The notes under the pieces: generated by a model | Databases searched by the model: none | Told to the model about the DNA's origin: nothing | Seen by the model: only the letters and a program-made list of their open reading frames with translations | In this document: one piece after another, positions 9,094 to 17,558 of the stretch | Numbering within the stretch: the stretch's first letter is position 1 | How the letters are laid out: each line of letters begins with the position of its first letter | NCBI GenBank assembly: GCA_024275415.1 | Contig: JAJRZD010000043.1 | Span: forward strand, 120,001 to 152,000 | From: an archaeon | Lineage (GTDB): Archaea > Asgardarchaeota > Thorarchaeia > Thorarchaeales > Thorarchaeaceae | DNA: 32,000 bases | Direction: 5' to 3' | Translations under genes and position numbers: made by a program

Positions 9094-9593
9094 GTAGAAT
9101 GTTTAGAAGATTAAGAGGCATCACTGGAGACGATGATGAAGTCGAACAGGTCGTAGATGTTTCAAACCTTGATCCTAATGATGTGCTATTGTTTAGCGAC
9201 CCACAAGCTGTTGAAAAGTACAGGCGAGAGGGACGACTTGATGAATTGAAACATGATATACAATACAGTGTCATGCGTGGGAAACCATGGCTTCAGGAAG
9301 AATTGGAATACAAGGCAGAGATATTGCGTTTGTTGGAGGAGGGTATTATAGTGCCAAAGGGAGCCTGGTGGTGGTCATCACCGCATCCCCCTGTATATCG
9401 TTCACAAAAAAAGGGTCGCATCCGTATTGGCGGAAAAGTGTACAAATTTGGGAAAAACTATGACATTACGTTTCAATGTCAGATGGAACGGGAATCTCGG
9501 GGTCTTACTGCACCTCTACTGATTGGGAGGTTCAATCCCACCAACAAGACCGAACTCTGCGGGAAAATGAGTGGTTCTATGAAAGGGATGTGA
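9090..9593 (+). CDS. Hypothetical protein, tandem paralog of 8455-9093 lacking the Zn-ribbon
   Basis: GTG start overlaps the upstream stop, with GGAG upstream; ATG 9099 is an alternative start. Shared motifs are VMRG.PW, EY..EI.RLL..G, GGK.YKF, QCQM.RE..GL..P..IGR and LC..M. Confidence 0.75.
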   Translation: MSRMFRRLRGITGDDDEVEQVVDVSNLDPNDVLLFSDPQAVEKYRREGRLDELKHDIQYSVMRGKPWLQEELEYKAEILRLLEEGIIVPKGAWWWSSPHPPVYRSQKKGRIRIGGKVYKFGKNYDITFQCQMERESRGLTAPLLIGRFNPTNKTELCGKMSGSMKGM

Positions 9594-9736
9594 AGCGTAA
9601 AGAATTCGTAGACATTTGGCATCAGGGCAATGTAAATCAACAATAGATACACTCCGCTTGAGAGCGTGAGTTGTTCATCTGTCGAGTATAATCTAAAATA
9701 TGGTCGCCGAGCATAGTGTATTGAGTTGAAGATAAA

Positions 9737-11212
9737 TTGTTGGGATTTGCTCTCCTCGTTTTGCACGTAGTGATATACTCATCATTGGGGATTGCGTTCT
9801 ATGCGCTGAGAAGTCGCCTATCGCTCATTCCATTCTATCTATTCCTTGGCACATTGCAGGTCTATGTTTCACTGATGAGCAGCTTCTATGTCATAGATAT
9901 CGGGTTCGGGATCCAAGTCGGGGGAGGCAACATCGTCTATTCAGCAGTTATCTGGTCAGTAATGCTGTTCTATATCATGGAGCGAGATACAGACCTGACA
10001 AAGATGGTGATATACAGTCTTACAGCAATCCAGATCATATTCATACTTGTTTATCCTATGTTTTATCTGGCAATAGAAAGCGATGAAATTATCAATCCGT
10101 TGCTGGTTCCTAGTGAGATCTTTCAGACTAGTTTTGGGATATTCGTCGTAGGCAATCTATTGGCCCTGTTGGAGCTGATAGCAATGGTCTTTGTGTTGCA
10201 ACGATTGTCTCAGAAATACCCACGTATACCTCCGGTAATTCTTGTTATCCTGACATACATCATGACTCTGCTAGCCGATGGCGTTCTATTTCCCCTGTTC
10301 GCCTTTCCGATCACTCAGTCGATTTCTGTGGTGCAAGGCATCTCATCAGTTCTCAACAAGCTGGTTCTCGGTGTCCTGTTCAGCCTGATGATGTTCATAG
10401 CGATACAAATTCTGGGCCCGAAGTTTGCCACGCCATTTACTGGGGCGAAAGGTTCTATATCTGAAATCTTCAGGCTCCCAAAAAGAGATGTCATTGCAGC
10501 TCTCCATAAAGCTGAAGAGAATCGTAGGATGATACGTCTGCTGATGAGCTTGCTTGGCCACGACCTGTCCAACTACAATCAAAGCCTCCTTCTCTATTTA
10601 GGCATGATTGAGAAAGCGAATTTAGGGCTAGATGAGGAAACCCTCGCGATGATACACAACAGCAAACAGATGGTCTGGGAGTCTACCAACCTTGTCAACA
10701 ATATCCTAAGCCTAAACAAGGTACAGGATGCGATACTTGTCCCCGAACCAGTCGATGTGTCCCAACTATTCGATAAGGCACTGGAACGAACAAAGAAAGC
10801 ATATGCTTACAAGAACATCATAATTCATGGACGAGAACATCTTCAGGATGTTTATGCTTTGGCACATCCGCTTCTCTCTGATGTGTTCTACAATGTACTC
10901 TCCAACGCCATCAAGCATAACCATCCTAATATGACAGAAATCACCATCGACCTTATTGTTCAAGAGAAGGGCAGGTACTGGATAATTGGGCTTGCTGATA
11001 ATGGGCCTGGGATACCAGATTCGATGAAGACGACCATCTTTGAACTGCAAAACGCAGGGAAACAGCAGGGGCTTGGGCTGTCCCTTGTCAAGACGATTCT
11101 CCAGAAGATACGCTCAGACATTTGGGTTGAGAACCGACCTGAAAGCCCAGAGGATCATACTACAGGAGCGGTGTTCTATATCAAAATGCCAAAGTCCTCG
11201 CGCAGGATTTGA
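9737..11212 (+). CDS. Membrane-bound sensor histidine kinase (multi-TM input, HisKA, HATPase_c)
   Basis: H-box LLGHDLSN, N-box DVFYNVLSNAIKH, G1 DNGPGI and G2 GLGLSLV are present. About 7-8 hydrophobic segments lie in the first ~230 aa. Confidence 0.9.
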   Translation: MLGFALLVLHVVIYSSLGIAFYALRSRLSLIPFYLFLGTLQVYVSLMSSFYVIDIGFGIQVGGGNIVYSAVIWSVMLFYIMERDTDLTKMVIYSLTAIQIIFILVYPMFYLAIESDEIINPLLVPSEIFQTSFGIFVVGNLLALLELIAMVFVLQRLSQKYPRIPPVILVILTYIMTLLADGVLFPLFAFPITQSISVVQGISSVLNKLVLGVLFSLMMFIAIQILGPKFATPFTGAKGSISEIFRLPKRDVIAALHKAEENRRMIRLLMSLLGHDLSNYNQSLLLYLGMIEKANLGLDEETLAMIHNSKQMVWESTNLVNNILSLNKVQDAILVPEPVDVSQLFDKALERTKKAYAYKNIIIHGREHLQDVYALAHPLLSDVFYNVLSNAIKHNHPNMTEITIDLIVQEKGRYWIIGLADNGPGIPDSMKTTIFELQNAGKQQGLGLSLVKTILQKIRSDIWVENRPESPEDHTTGAVFYIKMPKSSRRI

Positions 11213-11219
11213 ATGCGTG

Positions 11220-12062
11220 TCAGACTTGTGTCGGCTCATCAATCCCAAAGCAGTCCCTGACAAGTCCGAACAACCGTTGCCCGAACCGAGCAGCAGGACC
11301 ACCATCCACCACATCATGGTCGAACATCATCGTCACTGGGAGCATCTCACGAATCGCGATCCTGTCATCAACAACTCCAGGTTTCTTACTTATCCCACCG
11401 AGAATGAACGCTAATGGATAGATACCAACCGAGATGCCCCAGCCTGCTAGATCCATATACATCCCCACTGAGCTTACCAACACTGTTCCCATGTGTTTCT
11501 TCACAAAGAAGGGATTCCTGAATTGACGATAGACAAATTTCCTTATGAACCGTGGGAGGCGGGGGAATATCTTTGCAAGTCGGGCGGTACGGCTCCCAGA
11601 CCCCTCACCAAGCTGCTCCCATGAATCACGGACTTCCTGCGACTGCGCCTGCCGGATTTCCTCCGTGATCTCCAGAAGGCTCTTGGACTGGGCCTTTCGT
11701 ATGATCAGGGGCTTCGGAAGAGTCTGGTCTTTGTATTTGGTTTCCACGAGGACTGCAACATCGACATCATTGAACAACACCAACTTTTTCCGACCTTTTC
11801 GCATCCCGTGCATAATGGGGAATTCACTTGCCGCCTTAGCAATGCATTTGGTTATCCAGCCAGTAAAAGAAAGTTTGACACCAGACTCGGATTTCTTTCG
11901 GATGCGATTCCGTGCATCCGTCACATCCACCTCGGTTAGCCCCGCGACATAATGTTTTTTCATGCCAATGTCAAAAACCTCTGCCTCAATCACGCGTTCC
12001 TTTGGGAAAGGCAACTCCTGAAACTCGCCGATGTAGTCTTTCAAATCTCCGACCTCTAGCAA
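11220..12062 (-). CDS. Stand-alone 2-oxoacid dehydrogenase acyltransferase (E2) catalytic-domain protein
   Basis: Motifs EVDVT, SFT.WI.K..A.A..EFP, VDVAVLVE, P.IIR.A..KSL.EI, GTVLVSSVG and the catalytic FDHDVVDG (HxxxDG). No lipoyl or E3-binding domain is present. Confidence 0.85.
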   Translation of the reverse strand: MLEVGDLKDYIGEFQELPFPKERVIEAEVFDIGMKKHYVAGLTEVDVTDARNRIRKKSESGVKLSFTGWITKCIAKAASEFPIMHGMRKGRKKLVLFNDVDVAVLVETKYKDQTLPKPLIIRKAQSKSLLEITEEIRQAQSQEVRDSWEQLGEGSGSRTARLAKIFPRLPRFIRKFVYRQFRNPFFVKKHMGTVLVSSVGMYMDLAGWGISVGIYPLAFILGGISKKPGVVDDRIAIREMLPVTMMFDHDVVDGGPAARFGQRLFGLVRDCFGIDEPTQV

Positions 12063-12089
12063 AATCGTAAGCGGTCAGATAGATACTGA

Positions 12090-12098
12090 CTATATAAC
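12090..12098 (-). promoter_or_regulatory. Putative archaeal TATA box for the E2-like gene (leaderless-type spacing)
   Basis: GTTATATAG on the minus strand ends about 28 nt upstream of the TTG start at 12062. Confidence 0.4.
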
Positions 12099-12192
12099 TC
12101 TGGCTCAACACGCGAGATGTTGTACTGATATTATTTGGATGTGTCCGTTCATCGGCATCCCAAGTGAGGTCTGCAGTTTTTCTTTGCGATGC

Positions 12193-13953
12193 TCAGACTC
12201 CTTGTCCTATTCGAATTCGATGTAGGATCAAGAACACTATGAGAGAGATTCCCACAAGCTGGACAATTGAGTTCCACAACAAAAGCAACGCGAGCTGTTG
12301 ATCAGTAGTGCCCAGTACGTCATCGGGCAATAGATTTGTGGTACTTGGTAAAGTGTCGGGTGATTGCCATATGAAGGTCTGTGGCACATAGCGCTCGATG
12401 AAGTCCAAGAGGGCATCTGTATTGATTATGGGAAACCTGTCACTGTTCGAGGCATCAATGAAATACTCGTCATCTCCAATAAGATCATTGTCCGTATCGG
12501 TTCCATCATAGTTGCTCCAATAGTTGCCGAAGGAGCCATTATCCCAGTGGACGAAGCTCGATATTGTAAATACTGGATAGGCAATGCTGCTGCAAAACCC
12601 GTTAAGATAGATTGTACCTCCACGGGTATCCTTAATCAAGATATCATTGAACCTCGACTCGTTCAAGATAGTGCCGACTATCTTAATGTCCTCCCCTCCT
12701 ACCACTCTCAAGCCAATCCCGTCTGAAGATGTGATGTTGTTCATAAGCAACGTGACATCATGGCTTCTATCGATTATGGACACGCCATCCTGAGTGCTAT
12801 TTGTGATGTCATTCTCTGTGATGTACATGTTGTAGCTTGAACTAATGACTATCCCGTTTGTCGCACCACCGATTATGTTCCCAGTGATGTTCGAATCATG
12901 AGAGAACTCGTAAATATGTATGCCGTTATCTGCTTGGTCATTGATCTGATTATTATTAATTGTTGACTGGCTTATTCTCCGAAAAAGAAATCCTGAACCC
13001 CCAGTCCCAAGGATGGTATTGTTAGACACAGTGGCTCTAGAACCGACTTCAAGATTCACTCCATTTTGACCGATTTGCATGAGACGGTTAGAATCGATAT
13101 GGGCATCACCCGAGTCCGCAAGGTCAATCCCCGAATATGTCGTATCCACAATCGTATTGTTCTTGATCAATGCGAATTTTGAGTCAGAGCCAAAAATCCC
13201 ACAATACCCAGTATTGCGAATTTTGTTCCCTATTATGTGGGTGTTTGTATCTTTACCCAGATTGATGCCCTCCCATCCACTTTTTGAGATTTCGTTCCCC
13301 TTGATAAGGACGTTCTCAGCCGAATCAACATTGATGATATCCCCACCAAAGTCAGTGATGATGCTATTCTCGATTATCGCATTGTCAGAGCGGATGGTGA
13401 TTCCTCCGTAGTCTTTCTGCCCGGAGCCAACCAGTTCGCTCTCTGAGATAATGAGCTTCGAGTCCGGCTCGGATCTGATTGACCAGGTATTGTTAGACAA
13501 GGGATAGATCTTGCTGTCCCGAATCGTTAGATTGCTATTCTCTGCTACATCAAGGAAAGTATCATCATTGTCAATAATCAATGTCGAATTAATAACAACT
13601 AGTACTCCCCCACTCTCGATGCGTACTGAGCCTGTGACAAACACGGTCTTGTCGACGATGACTTGGAGGTCTGTGATTGTGCCCTCTAAGTAATCAGATG
13701 TCCTGAGAATGGGTGTGTTGTCTTGATGGTGTTCGTTCCATCGTTGAATCTGGGTGGAATTGATTGTCAGAGTCGATGCTGGCTCAGATGTGTGTCGGTG
13801 AGCTGGAAACACTCCACTTAGAAGAAATAGTACTGCAAATAGCACACGCCACCTCTTCCATCGATTATGCAAAGCAATCAACCACTTATCAACATACATC
13901 GAACTCGTAGAAAAGGATAACTCCTTCCAAAATCCCGAATATGGAATCTCCAT
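12193..13953 (-). CDS. Cell-surface right-handed beta-helix (NosD/pectin-lyase-like) protein with C-terminal membrane anchor
   Basis: Repeated I..N.I.....GI units, the archaeal NosD-type motif GNYWSNYDGTDTDNDLIGD, a Ser/Thr/Pro linker and a C-terminal TM helix followed by basic residues. The start may be ATG 13899. Confidence 0.82.
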   Translation of the reverse strand: MEIPYSGFWKELSFSTSSMYVDKWLIALHNRWKRWRVLFAVLFLLSGVFPAHRHTSEPASTLTINSTQIQRWNEHHQDNTPILRTSDYLEGTITDLQVIVDKTVFVTGSVRIESGGVLVVINSTLIIDNDDTFLDVAENSNLTIRDSKIYPLSNNTWSIRSEPDSKLIISESELVGSGQKDYGGITIRSDNAIIENSIITDFGGDIINVDSAENVLIKGNEISKSGWEGINLGKDTNTHIIGNKIRNTGYCGIFGSDSKFALIKNNTIVDTTYSGIDLADSGDAHIDSNRLMQIGQNGVNLEVGSRATVSNNTILGTGGSGFLFRRISQSTINNNQINDQADNGIHIYEFSHDSNITGNIIGGATNGIVISSSYNMYITENDITNSTQDGVSIIDRSHDVTLLMNNITSSDGIGLRVVGGEDIKIVGTILNESRFNDILIKDTRGGTIYLNGFCSSIAYPVFTISSFVHWDNGSFGNYWSNYDGTDTDNDLIGDDEYFIDASNSDRFPIINTDALLDFIERYVPQTFIWQSPDTLPSTTNLLPDDVLGTTDQQLALLLLWNSIVQLVGISLIVFLILHRIRIGQGV

Positions 13954-14025
13954 TCGTTGTTATTGATTTAAAGTTAGAATAACGCTCGGAAATGATTGAA
14001 CAAGACAGTATAACCCATGTATAAA

Positions 14026-14055
14026 GCGAGAAAAAAGACCTATCCTTTTTCTCGC
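14026..14055. promoter_or_regulatory. Perfect 10-bp inverted repeat (GCGAGAAAAA-N10-TTTTTCTCGC), candidate operator
   Basis: Read directly. It sits between the divergent beta-helix and wHTH genes, next to TATAAA at about 14020-14025. Confidence 0.4.
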
Positions 14056-14070
14056 ATATAGTTATAGATA

Positions 14071-14180
14071 CGGTTCGACAGAACCGGGGTGGATAGAAGT
14101 CGGGGGGAGACCTTCTTCTGTCCTCCCTAGCGGGCGGTTGCCCATCTAGCATTTAGCTCGTCAGCCGTAGGAAGGTCGTA
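14071..14180 (+). other. GC-rich multi-hairpin intergenic element, possible structured RNA leader
   Basis: Stems CGGTTC/GAACCG (14071-14086), GGGAG/CTCCC (about 14105-14127) and GGGC/GCCC (14132-14143), plus a long-range GACCTTC/GAAGGTC pairing (about 14109-14177). The flanks are AT-rich. Confidence 0.3.
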
Positions 14181-14183
14181 CAA

Positions 14184-14588
14184 ATGCTCCAGTTGAAGAA
14201 AAGCCTAGGGAATGTGCCTAGAGATCAAGGCGTACTCGATGATTTAGAATGGAATCTCGATTCAAAAAGTATCAAGCGTGCAATCACTATATCATGCTCA
14301 CTCATCTTAGCTCTGCTTAAGGATATGCAGGCGAGAACTCCTTCACGGAAGAAACTGTTTCAAGAGTTGGGATGGAGAAACAAATACAATATTCATCTCT
14401 TAAGTGGCATCTCTCAAAAAATCATCTATCATGAATATGGCATAATTGAACGACTTGTGGATTTAGGGATTATCAAAAGAAAAAAAGCCCCTACAAAATG
14501 GGGTATGCAAAAATACCACTATCGGATTGCAGATGCTTTCGTCAAAGATTTACTAGATCGCAGGGATTTATCGGGTCTGGTTATTTAA
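14184..14588 (+). CDS. Putative winged-helix DNA-binding protein, unassigned family
   Basis: 134 aa and basic, with an HTH-like IHLLSGISQKIIY...IIERLVDLGII segment followed by a wing (KWG...YHYRI). Homologous to 14568-15152. Confidence 0.65.
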   Translation: MLQLKKSLGNVPRDQGVLDDLEWNLDSKSIKRAITISCSLILALLKDMQARTPSRKKLFQELGWRNKYNIHLLSGISQKIIYHEYGIIERLVDLGIIKRKKAPTKWGMQKYHYRIADAFVKDLLDRRDLSGLVI

Positions 14589-15152
14589 TGCATGAAACAT
14601 GGACTTTACCAAGGGATGAGAGATATTCGCACGATATTGCAGGAATTCACGCCCCCACGGTTTCGGATTAGTACGCTCTTGAATCAATTCCAGTTTGATC
14701 AGTCTTTCGATAATCCCATTCTTTCCATATATTCGCCGGTTTGAAAGACTTGTGCGACGTGCAATCCGGTTTCTGTTTCTCCATCCTCCATCTCCTTCTA
14801 GTTCAACAATCCCATTCGTGATGGATGATGCAAGCCCATCTTCTTCAAGACACGAAAGCAGTATCTCAAGCACTAGATACTCGTCGTGCAGAAGGAAGGT
14901 CGCAAGGAGGGTCTTGTATTCATCAGGCGCCCAGTCCTTCAAAAGGAGAAAGAAACCTTCTAAATCACGAGGCATCTGTGTCCGATAATCATCATTCGCC
15001 TTTGCGAGATCAGTATAGCGAACTAAGTAAACGAGCAATATGATGAAACAAATCGTCACGATTGTGCTAACTATTGAGAGAAGAACTATGGGAGATATAG
15101 ATTGAAAACGAGGTAGTATCCCTGCGCCATTAGTTGGTTCTAACCAAGTCAT
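14568..15152 (-). CDS. Membrane-anchored putative winged-helix protein, paralog of 14184-14588
   Basis: An N-terminal TM helix (IVLLSIVSTIVTICFIILLVYLV) is followed by GWRN...IY...GIIERL..L..I...P.PWG...YR. Confidence 0.7.
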   Translation of the reverse strand: MTWLEPTNGAGILPRFQSISPIVLLSIVSTIVTICFIILLVYLVRYTDLAKANDDYRTQMPRDLEGFFLLLKDWAPDEYKTLLATFLLHDEYLVLEILLSCLEEDGLASSITNGIVELEGDGGWRNRNRIARRTSLSNRRIYGKNGIIERLIKLELIQERTNPKPWGREFLQYRANISHPLVKSMFHALNNQTR

Positions 15153-15294
15153 TCCTGATTCATGCCTCTCAGGGACTTCTTTCTAAGCCACTCATTGACC
15201 TGAGTTAATGACAATCCTCTATATCAGATTAGTGGAAATCTATTTCCTTTTCTTCCTCACCATTGTGAATCAATAATGCCATCTCTGGGGAGGT

Positions 15295-16782
15295 ATGTTC
15301 TTGAAAGAGCATTTCGCGTTTGACCGTTTATGGAGGTCAATGACAATAGAGAAAATGTCCAATCCTTTTTTTAGCACGACCGAAGCACCTCGGATACACA
15401 AAATCCTTGCCAGAATCAGGGACTCTCAACCCGTTAATGACTTCATGGTTTTCACGCTCTTTGATTACGCGATGGACTACAAAAAGAGAGGCTCTTTCTT
15501 GGCTGCAATGACTATTCTTTACGAGCTTCTTTCAATCATACCAATACCGTATGTAGTCGCAGAGTTCTATACTATCATGTACATGTATTCGGTCAGTAGA
15601 GGGAATGCTAACCTTGTGGAGAGAGTATGCAGTGCTTTGGAAACGGACTTGAAAACCATGCAAAAGCCTGAACTTTTCAGATGTAAGGCTTCGATCCTTG
15701 TTGACCACGGAAAATATGATGAAGCCATCGAGGTGCTGCAGCAATCCCTGAAGTTGCACCCTCATGATGCATCGACCACGCGATTACTCGCATCTGTGTT
15801 CAATCGACTCCATAGGAATGAAGAAGCACTTGTCGTGCTCGACCAATACATCAAGAGAAAGAAGAAAGACCCTAAGGCGCTCGAGTTGAAAGGGTCGATT
15901 CTAAGTGAAATCGGGAAGTTCAAAGACGCCAAGAAATGCTTCGAAAAAGCCTCGAAGATAGACAAGTCTGAGATAAGATACCGGCTTATGATTGCAGCGA
16001 TGTACTCTAAAATGCGTGACATGCCAAAGGCGAGAAGCATCATCAATAACCTCCTCGAATATATGAAGGGGACAGGATCCACATGGCGAAACATGGGCGT
16101 ATTTTACTCCAATCACAGGTTTCTAGACCTTGCTGAGTATTGTTTCGAGAAGGCGGTATTACTGAGTCCCAAAGAACCCGAGTACGTTCGAGACCTGACA
16201 ATTGTATATCGGAAAAAAGGAGAACTGGAGAAAGCTATCAAATTTGTACGATCCAAGCTTAGATTCCACAAGGGCTCAGATAGGGTACTTCGAGTGCTTG
16301 CTGATATGTACCTTGAGGATGGTCAGTTTGACAAGGCAGAGCAATATGCATGTGAGGCACTCGAGGTCAAACCCGACGATGCATGGTTGTTCGTGATGCT
16401 AGGGGACATTCTTCTCCACAAGAAGGACGAAGCAGGCTCGGAACGTGCATTCGATAAAGCAGTCGAGCTTTCTAGGCAGCATCCCAATATTCGTGTCAAA
16501 ATCAGCATGATGTATTGGAAACACCTTGATATCAAAAGAGCCGAACGAATACTAGAGGAAGTCCTCGATGAGCATCCCACTCACAGGCTCGCGATGGCGT
16601 GTATGAGATTCGTCAAGGAAGCTTCTTCCATGAAGGTTTCTATGCAGAAGCTGTATAAACAACTGGAGCCACAGATACTGGCATTGGCATCAGGAGAGTT
16701 GCCTCCGAAAAAGGATGGCTACCGGCTCCATGTGAACATCTTTGATGCTTTAGCCGACGACCAAGAGGACTCTCTACCCTAA
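15295..16782 (+). CDS. Tetratricopeptide-repeat (TPR) protein
   Basis: Many 34-aa-type repeats, for example GKYDEAIEVLQQSLKLHP, GKFKDAKKCFEKA, GELEKAIKF and GQFDKAEQYACEALEVKP. Confidence 0.85.
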   Translation: MFLKEHFAFDRLWRSMTIEKMSNPFFSTTEAPRIHKILARIRDSQPVNDFMVFTLFDYAMDYKKRGSFLAAMTILYELLSIIPIPYVVAEFYTIMYMYSVSRGNANLVERVCSALETDLKTMQKPELFRCKASILVDHGKYDEAIEVLQQSLKLHPHDASTTRLLASVFNRLHRNEEALVVLDQYIKRKKKDPKALELKGSILSEIGKFKDAKKCFEKASKIDKSEIRYRLMIAAMYSKMRDMPKARSIINNLLEYMKGTGSTWRNMGVFYSNHRFLDLAEYCFEKAVLLSPKEPEYVRDLTIVYRKKGELEKAIKFVRSKLRFHKGSDRVLRVLADMYLEDGQFDKAEQYACEALEVKPDDAWLFVMLGDILLHKKDEAGSERAFDKAVELSRQHPNIRVKISMMYWKHLDIKRAERILEEVLDEHPTHRLAMACMRFVKEASSMKVSMQKLYKQLEPQILALASGELPPKKDGYRLHVNIFDALADDQEDSLP

Positions 16783-16967
16783 TCAAAGCTGGGTCATTTT
16801 CTGAGTGACATGGTAAAACTGATGGGAGAAATTGATCCATTATCTATACAGCATGTCCTGGTCATCTGGCTCAAAACAAGCTTTTGCCTTCTAAATGTCC
16901 CATACACCAATCCATTGTCAGTGGATGCCGACGTAGGAGAATCAAAGAGATCCTACTGTGTCATACC

Positions 16968-17558
16968 ATGAAGGTTTCACTATTCGGAATGCATGCAGTG
17001 GGAAAGACGACAATCGCGAAGATGGTTCTTAGGGAAACACTACCATTGGTGCATATTCCCACTATCGGTGTGGAAATACGGAAGGTTCCTCAAGGATTCC
17101 TAGGGCAAAGCAAGGGCATCCTAATCTGGGACATTGGAGGCCAATTGAAATTCAAGAGCCTGTGGCCTCGATACCTCAAGGGATCTCAACTCGTACTGGC
17201 TGTTACCGATAGCTCTCTTGAAACAGTCCTCTGGACAAGAAAGATGTTACCAGAACTTCGTAAATGGTCTGACAACGCTACGATTCTAGGCATTGCCAAT
17301 AAGCAGGACTTGCCCAAAGCACTGACGCGAGGGCGGGTTGAATCAATCCTTGGGATACAGACGCTTGGTATCACTGCGCTGGATGTAGGAAGTAACGAAC
17401 ATGATATTTTTCGCAGGAAGATTATTCGAAGCCTTGGAATTGCCTATGAGCACCTATCACATGTTGATGGACTTATTAGCACGTTCCGAGAGAACACCTA
17501 TCATGGACACTCACATGATAAAAGCGATAGTATTCGATATGGGAGGCACACTCTATGA
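16968..17558 (+). CDS. Small GTPase, Arf/Sar-like (Ras superfamily)
   Basis: G1 GMHAVGKT, G2 PTIG, G3 WDIGGQ, LW..Y, DSS and G4 NKQDL. Likely start is ATG 16968 (MKVSLFG); the ORF track starts at 16884. Confidence 0.85.
   Translation: MKVSLFGMHAVGKTTIAKMVLRETLPLVHIPTIGVEIRKVPQGFLGQSKGILIWDIGGQLKFKSLWPRYLKGSQLVLAVTDSSLETVLWTRKMLPELRKWSDNATILGIANKQDLPKALTRGRVESILGIQTLGITALDVGSNEHDIFRRKIIRSLGIAYEHLSHVDGLISTFRENTYHGHSHDKSDSIRYGRHTL

Noticed and set aside
14060-14150. TACGGTTC…GGGG resembling a group II intron domain V/VI end
   Set aside because: The 5' arm of domain V with its AGC/CGC triad is missing, and there is no intron-encoded protein or interrupted gene.
14184-16782. TPR plus winged-helix neighbours as a split PCI domain or ESCRT-II-like system
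   Set aside because: The genes are on mixed strands, I see no sequence motif of PCI or Vps22/25/36, and adjacency alone is not enough.
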